Positions 40,277 through 53,857 of a stretch of 64,000 nucleotides of DNA are shown here, one piece after another (position 1 is the first letter of the stretch; each line of letters starts with the position of its first letter). The notes under the pieces were generated by a model, which ran no database searches, was not told the DNA's origin, and saw nothing but the letters and a program-made list of their open reading frames with translations. Source of the DNA: Octopus vulgaris (Eukaryota); NCBI GenBank assembly GCA_951406725.2, contig OX597818.1, forward strand, positions 44,454,001 to 44,518,000, given 5' to 3'. The position numbers and the translations under genes were made by a program.

Positions 40277-40765
40277 GCATCACCACCACCACCGCCACCT
40301 ATATATTAATTCCAGATGGAAGTACGGTGAAGTCAGCCCAAGAGGATTTCAAATCACAGAGGCACAGAACTGAATATTTTTAGACTGCTCTACAGCTTCT
40401 CCCACTCTGCTGTCTTTGTATCTGAAAATAATTACATTTATCTTATTTTATTTAATCTTGGTTAATGGTAGTCAGTATTGCTAGTTAATAACAACTTTCT
40501 TTTGAATTCCAAACTAAAGAATGTGAACACAATCACTAATACAGTTTCCATTACATTTCTATAAATAGTTTAATAACTTTGAAGTCAGTCAATTTGAAAC
40601 GGTAACAAAATTAAAAATACGACTGTGTATCTGTTTATATTTGTGTACTCTTAATAGAATATCTCCCAAATGTATGTTTAAAAATCTATTTTTGATTCAG
40701 AGGTAAAAAAAAAAATCTTGCTTTTATGAACATCATTGTTATTGCCATTACTACTTGAATGTTTA

Positions 40766-40985
40766 AGGTGGCAAGCTGGCAGAATCATTAGCACGTTGGG
40801 CAAAATGCTTAGTGGCATTTCGTCTGTCTTTACAGCCTGAGTTCAAATTCCTCTGAGGTCAACTTTGCCCTTTATTCTTTCTGGGTCGATGAAATAAGTA
40901 CCAGATAAACACTGCAGTCGATGTAATTAACTAGCCCCCTCCCCTCAAAATTTCAGGCTTTGTGTCTATAGAAGAAAGGATTATT
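40766..40985 (+). mobile_element. SINE family B
   Basis: GGTGGCAAGCTGGCAGAATCATTAGC...GAGTTCAAATTCC...GGTCGATGAAATAAGTACCAG. Confidence 0.75.
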
Positions 40986-41134
40986 ACTTGAATGCTTTCC
41001 CAAATGTTTCAATGCTGGATTAGATTAAAAAAAGTTTGAAATACAAATATCCTTCCATACATCATGCCTTCAAGAAATTCTCAGTTAGAGGTTCTTCCAG
41101 ATGAAATGAACTGTTGTTTCTAGAATAACACCAG

Positions 41135-41365
41135 CACCAGCACCACCACCAGCCATTCAAGAATTTGAACCTGGAGATCTCCATTTCCAGCGACTTTGAG
41201 GGCCACCTCCCAGTGGTGTTAGATGTCAACAAAGAGCCCTCGACTACAACAAGACGACCAAAGTTTTCTTTTTTTCCAAGGTCTGGGGTCTCCTGCCCCT
41301 AAGCCCTAGACCATCACCTAATCACCCTTACCTGTCTTGTTGCTTAACAACAACAACAACAACAG
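41135..41365 (+). repeat. Interspersed repeat ending in (CAA)n; inverted copy at 62215-62450
   Basis: CAGCCATTCAAGAATTTG...CCCTAAGCCCTAGACCAT...TTGTTGCTTAACAACAAC. Confidence 0.7.
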
Positions 41366-41811
41366 CACCACTACCATCACCATTCGATGTCTGTTTTCTT
41401 TGTCGGCATCAGTTGGATGGTTTGACAAGGTTTGATAAGCTGCAGTGCTGTGTCAAGCTCCAGTATCAGATTTGACATGGTTTCTATGACTGGATGCCCT
41501 TCCTAACACCAACCACTTTACAGTGTGTATTGGGTGCTTTTATTGTGCTACCAGCACAAGTGAAATTATGAAATAACTTGCAAGACAGAAAAAGAAGAAA
41601 GGAAAATGTCTTCATAACTAAGTGTATGTGTTTGTGTGTGTGTGTGGGGGGGAGTATTTGGGAGTGGAAGGTGGCTTTATATCAGGTGCTGAGAAACTGA
41701 AGTATGACAGTAAGACAAGCAAAGTTGTCTTGCTATAGAGGAACTACATGGTTAACCCATATTATATAAGGTAGGTGGGTGTAGCTGGAAAAAAAAAAGA
41801 AAACCACAAAT

Positions 41812-41978
41812 AAGGTGCAGGAATGGCTATATGGTAAATAGCTTGTTTACCAACCACATGGTTCCGGGTTCAGTCCCACTGCATGGCACCTTGGGCAAGT
41901 GTCTTCTACTATAGCCTCGGGCTGACCAAAGTCTTGTTAGTGTATTTGGTAGACGGAAACTGAAAGAGGCCCGTTGTA

Positions 41979-42026
<48 letters not shown>

Positions 42027-42235
42027 GTATCTGTGTTTGTCCCCCCAACATTGCTTGACAACCGATGCTGGTGTGTTTACGTTGCCGTAACTTAGTGGTT
42101 CAGCAAAAGAGACCGATAGAATAAGTACCAGGCATACAAAGAATAAGTCCTGGAGTCAATTTGCTTGACTAAAGGCAGTGCTCCAGCATGGCCACGGTCA
42201 AATGACTGAAACAAGTAAAAGAATAAAAGAATAAA
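41812..42235 (+). mobile_element. SINE family A
   Basis: Homology to other copies. Confidence 0.85.
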
Positions 42236-42825
42236 GAGCTAAACTGTATTCTTTCTCCACCTCATACCATAATTTTAGTTATGTTTATTTTGTATATCAA
42301 TGATCACAAAATTTCAGTTCTTGAGGGTGAAAATTAAAGCAGAGCAGATGATTTTATAGCATACACCAGCACTTATTGGGTTCATTGTAAAGAAAAAAAG
42401 GAGAGAATTAGCCATGTGTATAATCTTCACAAACATTAGAACTTCAAATGATTAAGAAAGAAAAAAAAGCTACACTTAGCACCAGCACTTAAGATGTCAA
42501 ATCACAGAGAAATAAAATTAGATTAAGCTGGATTTGTTTATAATCACCTTATTTTTAACACCTGAAGCATTTCTCTATCTTAGTGAAATTGGAGTGTGAA
42601 ATGATGAAGAATCAAGTGCATCGTATACCAGAGGTCTCAGACAGGAGTTAAAAGCATGATAAAAAAAAAAAAAATGGACTGAAGAGAATATTAAAGCTGA
42701 AAAGATTACCAATTATCAAAGAAAAGTAATATTTAAGAAATAAGAGAGACAACATGAGGATGGTAAAAGTTGTCAAAGTGGCCTGCTTGATGAGCAATAT
42801 ACACATATGTGATTTAAGTCTTTAA

Positions 42826-43032
42826 TAGGTGCAGGAGTGGCTGCGTGGTAAGTAGCTTGCTTACCAACCGCATGGTTCCGGGTTCAGTCCCACTGCGTGG
42901 CACCTTGGGCAAGTGTCTTGTACTATAGCCTCAGGTCGACCAAAGCCTTGTGAATGGATTTGGTAGATGGAAACTGAATGAAGCCTGTAATATATATGCA
43001 TATATGTTGGGGTGACAAACACAGATGCACAA

Positions 43033-43096
<64 letters not shown>

Positions 43097-43244
43097 GTGT
43101 GTGTATATGTTTGTGTGTCTGTGTTTTTCGACCCTGAAAAGATGAAACGTAAAGTCGACCTCGGTGGAATTTGAACTCAGAACATAGTGGCAGACAAAAT
43201 ACCGCTAAGCATTTCGCCTGGTGTGCTAACGATTCTGCCAGCTC
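42826..43244. mobile_element. Family A 5' half (+) joined to family B 5' part (-)
   Basis: Homology to other copies. Confidence 0.75.
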
Positions 43245-43494
43245 GAGACAGATTTCCACAACCGGTAGTGGGCAGATCTTGACATCTCATACCAGCTTTC
43301 ATACCATCAGCTATTGCCTTGTTCACTGATGGTTGTGGTGTCGAGGTCTGCTGACCAACTGCAAAAAAACGGATGCTCTTGCTGTTCTGATGACTGCTGC
43401 TTTTATAGGTACACAACCAGCTCTGATTGGCTGCTGTTGCCAAATCCCAACTGTGCTAATCAATGATAACTAAATATGGCTTCCTCAACTCCTT

Positions 43495-43882
43495 GGATGG
43501 AAGCACTCCGTCGGTTACGACGATGAGGGTTCCGGCTGATCCGAATCAACGGAACAGCCTGCTCGTGAAATTAACGTGTAAGTGACTGAGCACTCCACAG
43601 ACACGTGTACCCTTAACGTAGTTCTCGGGGATATTCAGCGTGACACAGAGATGACAAGGCCGGCCCTTTGAAATACAGGTACAACAGAAACAGGAAGTAA
43701 GAGTGAGAGAAAGTTGTGGTGAAAGAGTACAGCAGGGATCACCAGCATCCCCTGCCGGAGCCTCGTGGAGCTTTTAGGTGTTTTCGCTCAATAAACACTC
43801 ACAACGCCCGGTCTGGGAATCAAAACCGCGATCCTATGACCGTGAGTCCGCTGCCCTAACCACTGGGCCATTGCGCCTCCAC
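43495..43882 (-). mobile_element. tRNA-derived SINE, head C + tail X
   Basis: Minus strand GGAGGCGCAATGGCCCAGTGGTTAGGGCAGCGGACTC; tail homologous to about 6812-6995. Confidence 0.85.
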
Positions 43883-44679
43883 CCTCGACTCCTTACTAGT
43901 CCATTCAGTGAGCACATTTATCTTTTTCTTTGTCACAAACTGGTGTTAAAATGAATGTCAAATAGTATTTTAACAAGTAGAGATGATGAAAGTAGAGAAG
44001 AGAAAGAAAAAAAAAACGAGAGGAAGCAAATTACAGATTATTCCCTATGATCAGATGAAACATGATATAAAGTATTGAAAATTAAAAAAAAATTAAAGGT
44101 GATATCCTTTAATTGACAACTATTCAGGAAATGATTGCCGGATGAGAAATGAACAGAAATAATAAGTGATAGAAAAATGTCTGTATGTGGAATTTAAAAA
44201 AAATCTGTATAATATAAATGTGGACAAAAATTTATAAAATTCATCTGTAAAAATAAATCTTTAATGATTTATTTGTGGTGCAAAAATACTGAATGTTGAC
44301 CTAACCAAGTGACTATACATAGAAATTGAACACAAATTAAAAGCAGCAAAAGCATTTGGCTAAAGTTTAAACACACACACACACTCACCACAACCACCGT
44401 CTCTGCTGTTATCACTGCTGCTATCATTTTTGTCGTTGTCATTAGTTTTGACTGGAACGTTAAGATTGAACAGGCAATTATGTAAAACTTACAAATCCCA
44501 GTCAAAGAGATTTTATGAATTTGACTCTACTTTTGACATTGAGTCTTCCCATATCAGTAAATGACTTATTTTGTCATTTTTTAAATTGCTTTAAAATAAC
44601 AACTTTTAAATAGGCATCCCTCTCTCTCCTCCCTCTCTCTCTGTATATATATATTTTAAATAAATATATATATATATAT

Positions 44680-44711
<32 letters not shown>

Positions 44712-44770
44712 TTAACGTCCACTTTCCATGCTAGCATGGGTTCGACAAACCCACATATGTGTGTGCATGT

Positions 44771-44820
<50 letters not shown>

Positions 44821-44959
44821 ACATGTACATGCACACGCACACAGAATTTCTCTGGTATATATATTCCTCCCTGGACATGATGCTAGTCTGTTGCAGGATA
44901 ACTCATTTCTTCTAGCTGAGTGGACTGGAGCAATGTGAAATGAAGTGGAGGCATAACGT

Positions 44960-45710
44960 TGCCATCACTATTGATCATGCCAAATCACCATGATGTTGAC
45001 TGGATATTTGATTTTATCAGTCTTGGTACATGTTTTGGGGACACAGCAAGCCAACATTTGTTCTGTGTGTTCATCATCTGATCCTGGCAGAAACTTTTGT
45101 AATATGAAAAAAACCAAAGCATGTTTGGTTGGGGGAAAGATGCTTGAGTTTGTTCAAAAGCTTTGTTCAAAAGCTTTCTTCTTGTCCTCGAAGACTTGGG
45201 ATAAAAATTGACTCATTCTTATCTTGTATGAGAAATACCAAATGTCTTCATGCACTACCTGCCTGGTAAGAAACTTAGACACTTCCTTATCCCTGGCAAT
45301 GGGCCTGATTGACTTGGAAGGATCGTTGTCAATCATAGCGTGGATCTCACCAACTAATTCAGGAGTTCTTTTCTTATCAGAATGATCAGAGTGAGTTTTC
45401 TGATTTGCCGTGCCTTTGTAATCACCATTAGACTCTCATCCAACTTTTTCCAAATCCTCTGCACTGTCCTAAGATTGACACCCAAATGCTCTGAAATGTT
45501 CGTTATTGGAGCTTCCGGTGTGAATACCAAGCAGCACAACATGTCGTTTTCAAATTTCTGGAAGAGTAAATTGCATCATGGTGCTGTTTTTTATACAGAC
45601 AGTGCCCGACTGACCCTACTATACTGTATGGTCGACAAAATCAAAAACAAACAATGCACATGTGTGAAATAAAAATTATAGAATGACAACAATTTACCCA
45701 TTGCACCCGG
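44960..45710 (-). pseudogene. Tc1/mariner-superfamily transposon remnant with left TIR
   Basis: Minus strand begins TA|CCGGGTGCAATGGGTAAATTGT; HTH remnants ISEHLGVNLRTVQRIWKKL and MIDNDPSKSIRPIARD...VHEDIWYFSYK. Confidence 0.75.
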
Positions 45711-46184
45711 TATGTGTGTGTGTGTGTGTGTGTGTGTGTATAAGGCCATTATCAAATACTGAAATGTGTGTGAGTGTGTGTATACTTGTGCTTTCTTCTC
45801 TTGACATTGCATGAATGAAAGCTATAAATGAGTGTTACTGTCATACAAACGGTCTCATTCACTTCCAGTGTTCTGCAAATCATATCTGGCCATGGAGAAA
45901 TACTAGCTCGTTTGGAAACAGGTGAGAGTAGGTGACAGGAAAGGAAACCAGCTGCAGAAGATCTGCCTCAATAAACTTCATCTGGCCCGTCTAAGCATGG
46001 AAAAGTAGATGCTAAAATGATAATGGTGGTGATGATGATGTACATTTTTCTCCTTGGAAGGTCTGTGTTATATTTAACTTGCTTTTGTATATAAGTTGTT
46101 GTGTTGTTTTTGCTTGTTGTGAAAGCATTTATAGTGTTGGGGTGGGTTTATTCTGTATTTAGACTGTAAGTAAAGTTATAAGCC

Positions 46185-46358
46185 TTTACTCCTTTATTTG
46201 TTTCAGTCATTTGACTGCGGCTATTTAGTCGAGCTAATCGACCCCAGGACTTATTCTTTGTAAGCCAAGTATTTATTCTATTAGTCTCTTTTGCTGAACT
46301 GCTAAGTTACGGGGACGTAAACACACCAGCATCGGTTGTCAAGCTATGTTGGGGGGGA

Positions 46359-46412
<54 letters not shown>

Positions 46413-46566
46413 CATACATATATACAACAGGCTTCTTTCAGTTTCCGTCTACCAAATCCACTATAGCCCAAGGCTATAGTAGAAGACACTTGCCCAAGGT
46501 GCCATGCAGTGGGACTGAACCTGGAACCATGTGGTTCGTAAGAAACCTACTTACCACACAGCCACG
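46185..46566 (-). mobile_element. SINE family A
   Basis: Homology to other copies. Confidence 0.8.
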
Positions 46567-47291
46567 TCTGGTAGTTTTCTTTTTTTTTCTTTGAATAATC
46601 ATTGACATTGAGCATCTGACATCAGACCTTCTGTTTCTGCCTTTAGTCAAGAAGAAATTACTAACTTTCATTTTGGCTCATTTTCTCCTGGCTAGTCGTA
46701 CATAAACTGATTATGGAAAGGCTTTTCTTTCTATTTTTACATTAGTTTATAATAATATTATCTTCTTTTGTTTTTTGCTTTAACCTCTTCTGTTACTTTT
46801 TATCAAACTAATTAGCTCTTAGTTTATTGTTTCCTTACACAGAAAGAAAAATAAATGAATTTTTTCATGCTAATCAAGCTATTTTCTTTTTTAGCTTCTA
46901 AGTATTTTCCGAAACTCATTACAGTTACTTAATAACTTTTCTTCTGTATTTGTATCAGGTTTCCTTCATCTCATGAGTAAGATGGATTTTATTCTAAGAA
47001 TACTGACTTTAGAAATTTGGGGCTTAGAACACAGAAAGTAATCTTCTTGGTTTTCCCATCAAGGCTTTCACTTCACTTAATTTCCAGTTTATTATTTAAG
47101 CTGTAGCTAGACTGGAATGGCTAGGGTATTTATCCCTATAATCTTATTTCAGATATTAAGTTTAGTTTTGATTTCTCCTTCATATATTCTTGTTTCATCT
47201 ATTTCTGAGTACCTGTATAGGTGACAGTGATCTGTTCTCTGACTTCAGTTTTTATTTCATCTCTTTGATATCACTGCAAAATCTATATACA

Positions 47292-47628
47292 TAGGTGCAA
47301 GAGTGGCTGTGTGGTAAGTAGCTTGCTTACCAACCACAAGTTTCCGGGTTCAGTCCCACTGCGTGGCACCTTGGGCAAGTGTCTTCTACTATGGCCTCGG
47401 GCCGACCAAAGCCTTGTGAGTAGATTTGGTAGGTGGAAACTGAAAGAAGCCTACCATACATATATATATATATGGCGTTAGGAAGGGCATCCAGCTGTAG
47501 AAACATTGCCAGATTAGACTGGAGCCTGGTGCAGCCTTCTGGCTTCCCAGATCCCCGGTCGAACCGTCCAACCCATGCTAGCATGGAGAACGGACGTTAA
47601 ACGATGATGATGATGATGATGATGATGA

Positions 47629-47671
<43 letters not shown>

Positions 47672-47890
47672 TGTATGTATATGTTTGCTGTATGTCTGTG
47701 TTTGTCCCCTCAACATCGCTTGACGATCGATGCTGGTGTGTTTATGTCCCCGTCACTTAGCAGTTCGGCAAGAGAGACTGATAGAATAAGTACTAGGCTT
47801 ACAAAGAATAAGTCCTGGGGTCAATTTGCTCGACTAAAGGCAGTGCTCCAGCATGGCCACAGTCAAATGACTGAAACAAATAAAAGAATA
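47292..47890 (+). mobile_element. SINE family A with family E nested at 47473-47631
   Basis: Family E sits within the central (TA)n of family A. Confidence 0.85.
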
Positions 47891-48062
47891 AAAAAATACA
47901 GTTTTTTCAAGCTTCTCCAACATAGTGTCATCACTTAGATATAATTCTAAATCATCCACAGACATAAGGTTTCTTATATTTTGTCCAAAGCCTTTTAAGT
48001 ACTGATGATTTGATTCAGCAAATTTGTTTATGGTACCAGAGCTAGAAAGAAAAGAAATGAGT

Positions 48063-48477
48063 ATACTCTTTTACTCTTTTACTTGTTTCAGTCATTTGAC
48101 TGCAGCCATGCTGGAGCACCGCCTTTAGTCGAGCAACTCGGCTCCGGGACTTATTCTTTTTGTAAGCCCAGTACTTATTCTATCGGTCTCTTTTTGCCGA
48201 ACCGCTAAGTGACGGGGACGTAAACACACCAGCATCGGTTGTCAAGCAATGCTAGGGGAACAAACACAGACACACAAACACACACACACGCATATATATA
48301 TATACATATATACGACAGGCTTCTTTCAGTTTCCGTCTACCAAATCCACTCACAAGGCATTGGTCGGCCCGGGGCTATAGCAGAAGACACTTGCCCAAGA
48401 TGCCACGCAGTGGGACTGAACCCAGAACCATGTGGTTGGTTAGCAAGCTACTTACCACACAGCCACTCCTGCGCCTA
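48063..48477 (-). mobile_element. SINE family A, full length
   Basis: Homology to other copies. Confidence 0.85.
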
Positions 48478-48969
48478 TAAAGATTTTCCCTGAAAAATTC
48501 CTCTTCTTGGAAAGAGGGTGAGTTTTTATCACCTTCTTTTAGGTATGCAGTGTTATTGATGTTTCCTGTTTAGCTGTGTCATACTTGATATAATACCTTA
48601 GTATCGGAGCTACTTCAGTTAAATATAATGTTTCTTCTTATTTCTAGGAGTGTGCTATAATTCTGTCAAAGACTTCTTGCTAAATCAATCCATGCCTTCC
48701 TTAAGGTGTGTTTCTGTCTTTTTCTTTTTTTTTTGTTTTCAAATGATTGCTCAGTTTACCAATAACTGTTTTTCACATCCATATATCTTCTTCTGAGAAT
48801 CCCTTTTATTGTCATTATTTTCCAGATATAAAATACACCTGCTGGAGAATACAGATTACAGGTGTTTTTGCTGAGGAATTAATGCTGTTTTTGCTTACGT
48901 TAATTAAATACTTGATTCTGATTTCCACCATAGTAACATAACTGCTGCTGCTAAAGCTTCAGGAGTAAC

Positions 48970-49025
<56 letters not shown>

Positions 49026-49074
49026 TTTCAAAAAGTATTGACGTAACTCTTCACAAAGGTAAACAGTCATGACT

Positions 49075-49299
49075 AAGAGTGCGATTCGATTGTAAGATAT
49101 TTTATTAGTTGAATGATATTTCGACAGTACGTCTGTCTTTGTCAAGTTCAAAATAAGAAGTGATAAAAATTCAAAATTACAGAAATTTAATCTTATTTTA
49201 TTTTGAATTCTTATCACCTATTTTGAAATTGACAAAGACAGGGGTACTGTTGAAATATCGTTCAACTAATAAAATATCTTACAATCAAATCGCACTCTT
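49075..49299. mobile_element. Fold-back element with HHR-like motifs (49109-49151 minus; 49223-49265 plus)
   Basis: ~100-bp arms between (ATT)n arrays; two-arm consensus UUGAAC-UUGACAA-A-GACAG(5 nt)CUGUC-GAAA-UA-UC/GUUCAA. Confidence 0.75.
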
Positions 49300-49310
49300 C
49301 GTTTTGACAA

Positions 49311-49361
<51 letters not shown>

Positions 49362-49363
<2 letters not shown>

Positions 49364-49712
49364 GGCTGCAAGCTAGCAGAATGCTTAGTGACATTTCATT
49401 CATCTTTATGTTTTGAGTTTAAATTATACCTTTCATCCTTTCAGGATGGGGCTGATATAATCAATTTACCCCTTCTCCCAAATTTACTAGCCTCATGCCA
49501 AAATTTGAAACCCTGATTATTATTGGTGGCAGAACCATTAGCATGTTGGGTGATATGCTTAGTGGCATTTTGCCTGTCGCAATATTCTGAGATTCAAATT
49601 TCGCTGAGGTCAACTTTGCCTTTCATCCTTTTGGGATTGATAAATTAAGTACCAGTGAAACATTGGGGTCAATGTAATCGACTACTCCAGCCTTGTGCCT
49701 ATAGTAGAAAGG
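49362..49712 (+). mobile_element. Two degenerate family B SINEs
   Basis: CTTTCATCCTTT..GG..TGATAAATTAAGTACCAG. Confidence 0.65.
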
Positions 49713-49737
49713 ATTATTATTATTATTATTATTATTG

Positions 49738-50018
49738 TTTTTTTTCCTTCTTTCTTCAAATTTTCTTCCGTTTCTCGCCGAGTGTTTTCCCTACACCTAA
49801 GGTAGAGAAGCTAACTGTAGGCATTCCTTGATTACACACGCAAATTCATAGGTAAAATATATATTTTAAAAATTAATGAATAAAGAAATTCATGAATGGA
49901 TATTGTTTTCACAGCGATAATGCTCTTCTCAGTACGAGTCGTTCCAGCGAACACGATTTTTTGCACTTCCTGTAGGGATGGTAAGCCTGGTATCATTTTC
50001 AAGTAGTATTATTATAAC

Positions 50019-50049
<31 letters not shown>

Positions 50050-50400
50050 ATTATTATTACTATTCCACAAAGTCTGACTACATTGTTAAAGCAAGAAGAT
50101 TATATATTGACAATAGAAACAAACAGGGTAAAAATCATAGATGTTTCAATACCAGCACCAAGAGATAATAGAGTGGATACCAAAGAAGTTGAAAATATAA
50201 TGGAAATATTAGGACCTAACCACAGAGCTGAAGAGATTGTAGAAGACTAAATGTCAATTATTCCTGTGGTAATTGGTGCACTTAGCACAACACCTTAACT
50301 GTTATCTAGGAGGGTGAAGAATACTGGAATTGAAATTTGCATTGTCAATCTGCAGAAAAATGCAGATTTGAGGAGAGTTGTGGTTTTGAAACCTCAAGAT
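49738..50400. mobile_element. Two R4/Dong-like RLE 3' remnants (minus 49738-50005; plus 50062-50400) around (ATT)n
   Basis: Plus strand IIDVSIP..DNRVDTKEVE...IIPVVIGAL...NLQKNA; minus strand LQEVQKIVFAGT. Confidence 0.55.
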
Positions 50401-50597
50401 AATATAGCATACAATAATGATAATGATGATGATAATGAGGGTAGAACATGTTCAGAAAACTGCTTCATTGGGGACAGAGAAGATCTTGAAATTGGTACTT
50501 GGGTATTAAGTAGCATGGAAAGAGACCCTGTGAGACCTTTGACAAAAGGTTGTTGTCAGCTCTTATAGAAACTGAGAGTGCTAAGAAGCGAAACAGA

Positions 50598-50637
<40 letters not shown>

Positions 50638-50849
50638 GTTTGAACTTTTGGCACAAGGCCAGCAATTTTGAGAGGTAGGTATTAATTGATACGATAGACT
50701 CCAGTACTAGATTAATACTTTATTTTAATGACCCCCAAGGGAATGAAAGGTGAAGTTGAGTTGGAAATGTAAAGAGCTAGAAAAAGGACTGCTTGGATTT
50801 GAAGGTGATCAGAGTCATAGGGTGGTATAGTTTCTAACCTTTTAAGGGG

Positions 50850-51150
50850 GGCAAAAATCAACACATACATCCAACAGCAAAGTGGGCAGTACTCCAAGTC
50901 TGCTGAATGCTGTGCAATTGGAATATAACATATATTGGTCATATTTGCTGCCAGCTACTTGAACTATCATGTTTGGTGCTATTCCAGGCAAATGTATCCA
51001 CGTGAAAGACTGTGTCAGCAGTGGTTTGATGATATAAAACAGTGGATGGGCAACCAATCTAAACATTACCTGCTGAGAATTGCCTTTAAACTAACTAGAG
51101 AGGTGAGTACTTGTCAAAGAAATCACCAGGGTTTGTTGAATGGATAGAAA
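50850..51150 (+). mobile_element. Degenerate RTE-like LINE 3' fragment
   Basis: Remnant 'GH I...PRERLCQQWFDDIKQWMG' resembles the RTE C-terminal RGR..W.D.I..W motif. Confidence 0.45.
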
Positions 51151-53305
51151 AAGTAGGAGGATTATGGGCGATTTTCTATTGTTTATTATTTTGTAATCCT
51201 TTTCTATGGCACATTTTGAATTATATGTATGTTTAGAGCTTTCTGCCAGTTAAAAGATAAATCTTTCTGATTCTTGCACAAGATCAGCAATTTTAGAGGG
51301 AGAGTGTTGGTTAATTACATCGACCCCAGTGCGTAACTGGTACCTAATTTATCAATCCTGAAAGGATGGAAGGCAAAGTTAACCTCAGTGGAAATTGAAC
51401 TCTGATCATAATGAGTTGGAAAAAACAGTGCTAAACATGCCCAAATGATTCTACCAACTCACTACTTTCAAATAAAGAAATAATAAAAACAATAATTATT
51501 TTCTTTGACTCACTTGTTCTACTTACTACTAAATGTTTACGAGTCTAATTTCATGGTAGTGTAGAGAACAGTAGCAAGGGCATCCAGTGAAATTAGTTAT
51601 TCCAACAAGAAATGTCAGAAATATATGTGTCTGTGAAAACTATAACACTTAGAAGAAACTAAAGGTAAAAAATAAAAAGATTAATTGAAATATGGGTCAC
51701 ACATATGTAAAGAAAGGCTTCAAGTAATTAGATAATGAAGTGATAATGTGAAGCTATGAGGCACTTATCAATTATGCTTTTTATTTCGAGCCCCAGGCTT
51801 AAGTGTCATTGCAACTAATAATTGTATTAAAAAAAAATGAAAAACGAAGAACAAAATCTTTGTGAGTGTAATTGAATTGGTAACTGTAAAATTTTCTTCT
51901 GAAGTTATATTTATCATAGAAATTGAAACTATAGTTCAAAAATATCTAAAACTAATTTCCAGTGAAAATTAAGATATACAGATACTATATTACCAATAAA
52001 AACTATTGGATGAAAGAAAAGTGCTCTTACATTTAGCATCAACAACATTTCGAAAATGGAACATGATACTGAAAATGATCAGACTGTTACCAAAGTGACT
52101 GTGTATTATTTCTGTTATGATACTGCCACAACAGTTGTGTTATATTCATTACCATTCAGAAGACAATTCCAGCCAGGTGAATAACTTTCTCATTTGGGAA
52201 AACTTGGCAGCGCTTCAGTTTTTGAAGCCCACTCTTCAAACATGTGTCAACTAAAAGATGCAAGTTTGCATAACAAAATATTGGAGGTAAAATGAGAAGC
52301 AAAAGTATCAAACCACAACTTAAGGACAGCAGTTACTCTCTGACAACTAAATCTATAATAGTAGTTAGCTTACAGTACTGACTTGGTTTACACTAGTTAC
52401 TACTATCTCACATCAGCTACTACCGTCTTGAGAAGTATCAATTCTAATTTATATAAGTGGAGTGATTACATCAAGAACAGAGTTATTTCTTAGACGGGTG
52501 GTTCTCAACTGAAGAGTTGGGTATCCATACCCACTACAGTTAGGGAAATCAAAGGCTGGGATATGGAACTTGATCTCTATTATTGTTTTCTATAAATAAA
52601 TATAATAAAATCCTTCTGATTTTCTTTCTTCTTCTGTTTCTCCTGATTATCCAGTAAAATTAATTTATTGATAACTGTTTAAGGACTGATAATTGTGACA
52701 ATTCAACATTATTAAGGTATTGAGATATATTGGGCAATGCTTTCGGTACCTGGAATTGCATAGAGGTTCTGAACCCACGTTTCAGTAGTTTACATATCCT
52801 TAATTAGTTTTCTAAAATAGCAACATTTTCTATTTACCATTTATTCAGGGAGAAAAGAACAACATTCATGGTTCTTTAGGTATTCTTCTTTGCCGCTAAG
52901 ATTGATGAAAAGAAGTTATCCCTCAGACTGGAGGCCTGACATAAATACTTGCAAACCAGGTGGTGGAGTTAAACTAGGTTATAGATTAAGTCTACCACTC
53001 AAGAACTCATAATTCAAAGACACAGAATAGACGCCAGAAGGCATCTGGTCCAAACAATTCTTCCAGTTCACTGTTCAGGAGTAGTAGAATTGTTAGAAGA
53101 CATTACTTACACCTGATTCTACTAGATTTCTAGTGTGGGTCATAGGTCACAACTGAGTTTTATAAATGATTTATAAATTATTCCAAACTGAAGTATTTTC
53201 TACTATTCAAGAAGAAACCTAATTATTTACAAAAAAGAAAATCCATGGCTGTATAAAGATTGTAGTAGGAATATTTCGTTTTCATTTAATTATACTAAAT
53301 AAATT

Positions 53306-53857
53306 CAGTTCTATGTTTAAGAGATAAGGAATTAAGTACATTATTTACATTATTTACATTCGACAGATATTTGTCCCCATCTTGTTTGTTGTTAACACAA
53401 CATTTCAGCTGATATACCCCTCCAGCCTTCATTAAGTGTCTTGGGGAAATTTCGAACCTGGGTTCTTATTCTTAAGGTATTTTTTGATGTTGTTATTATT
53501 ATTATTATTATTACTATTATTATTGTTATTATTATTCAGGTCGCTGCCTAGAATCAAACTCGGAATCTTGGGGTTAGTAGCCCGTGCTCTTAACCACTAT
53601 GACCATGGGCATATGGCGTAGTGGTTAAAAGCACGGGCTACTAACCCCCAAATTCCGAGTCCAATTCCAGGCAGTGACCTGAATAACAATAACAATAATA
53701 ATAATAATATTGAAAAATACCCTGGGAATGAGAACACAGGTTCGAAATTTCCCCAAGACACCTGATGAAGGCTGGAGGGTATATCAGTCGAAACATTGTG
53801 TTAATAAGAAACAAGATGAGGACAAATATCCAGCAAATGTAAGTAATGTAAATAATG
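53306..53857. mobile_element. Palindromic tRNA-headed, hammerhead-tailed element, copy 1 (13-bp TSD)
   Basis: Head-to-head arms centred near 53604; TACTAAATAAATT at 53293-53305 and 53858-53870. Confidence 0.85.
53757..53802 (+). ncRNA. Minimal type I hammerhead motif
   Basis: GACAC-CUGAUGA-A-GGCUG(10 nt)CAGUC-GAAA-CAUU/GUGUU. Confidence 0.6.

Noticed and set aside
53607-53680. tRNA-like sequence that could be called a tRNA gene (also the SINE heads)
   Set aside because: No complete acceptor stem; embedded in repeated elements, so treated as SINE-type heads.
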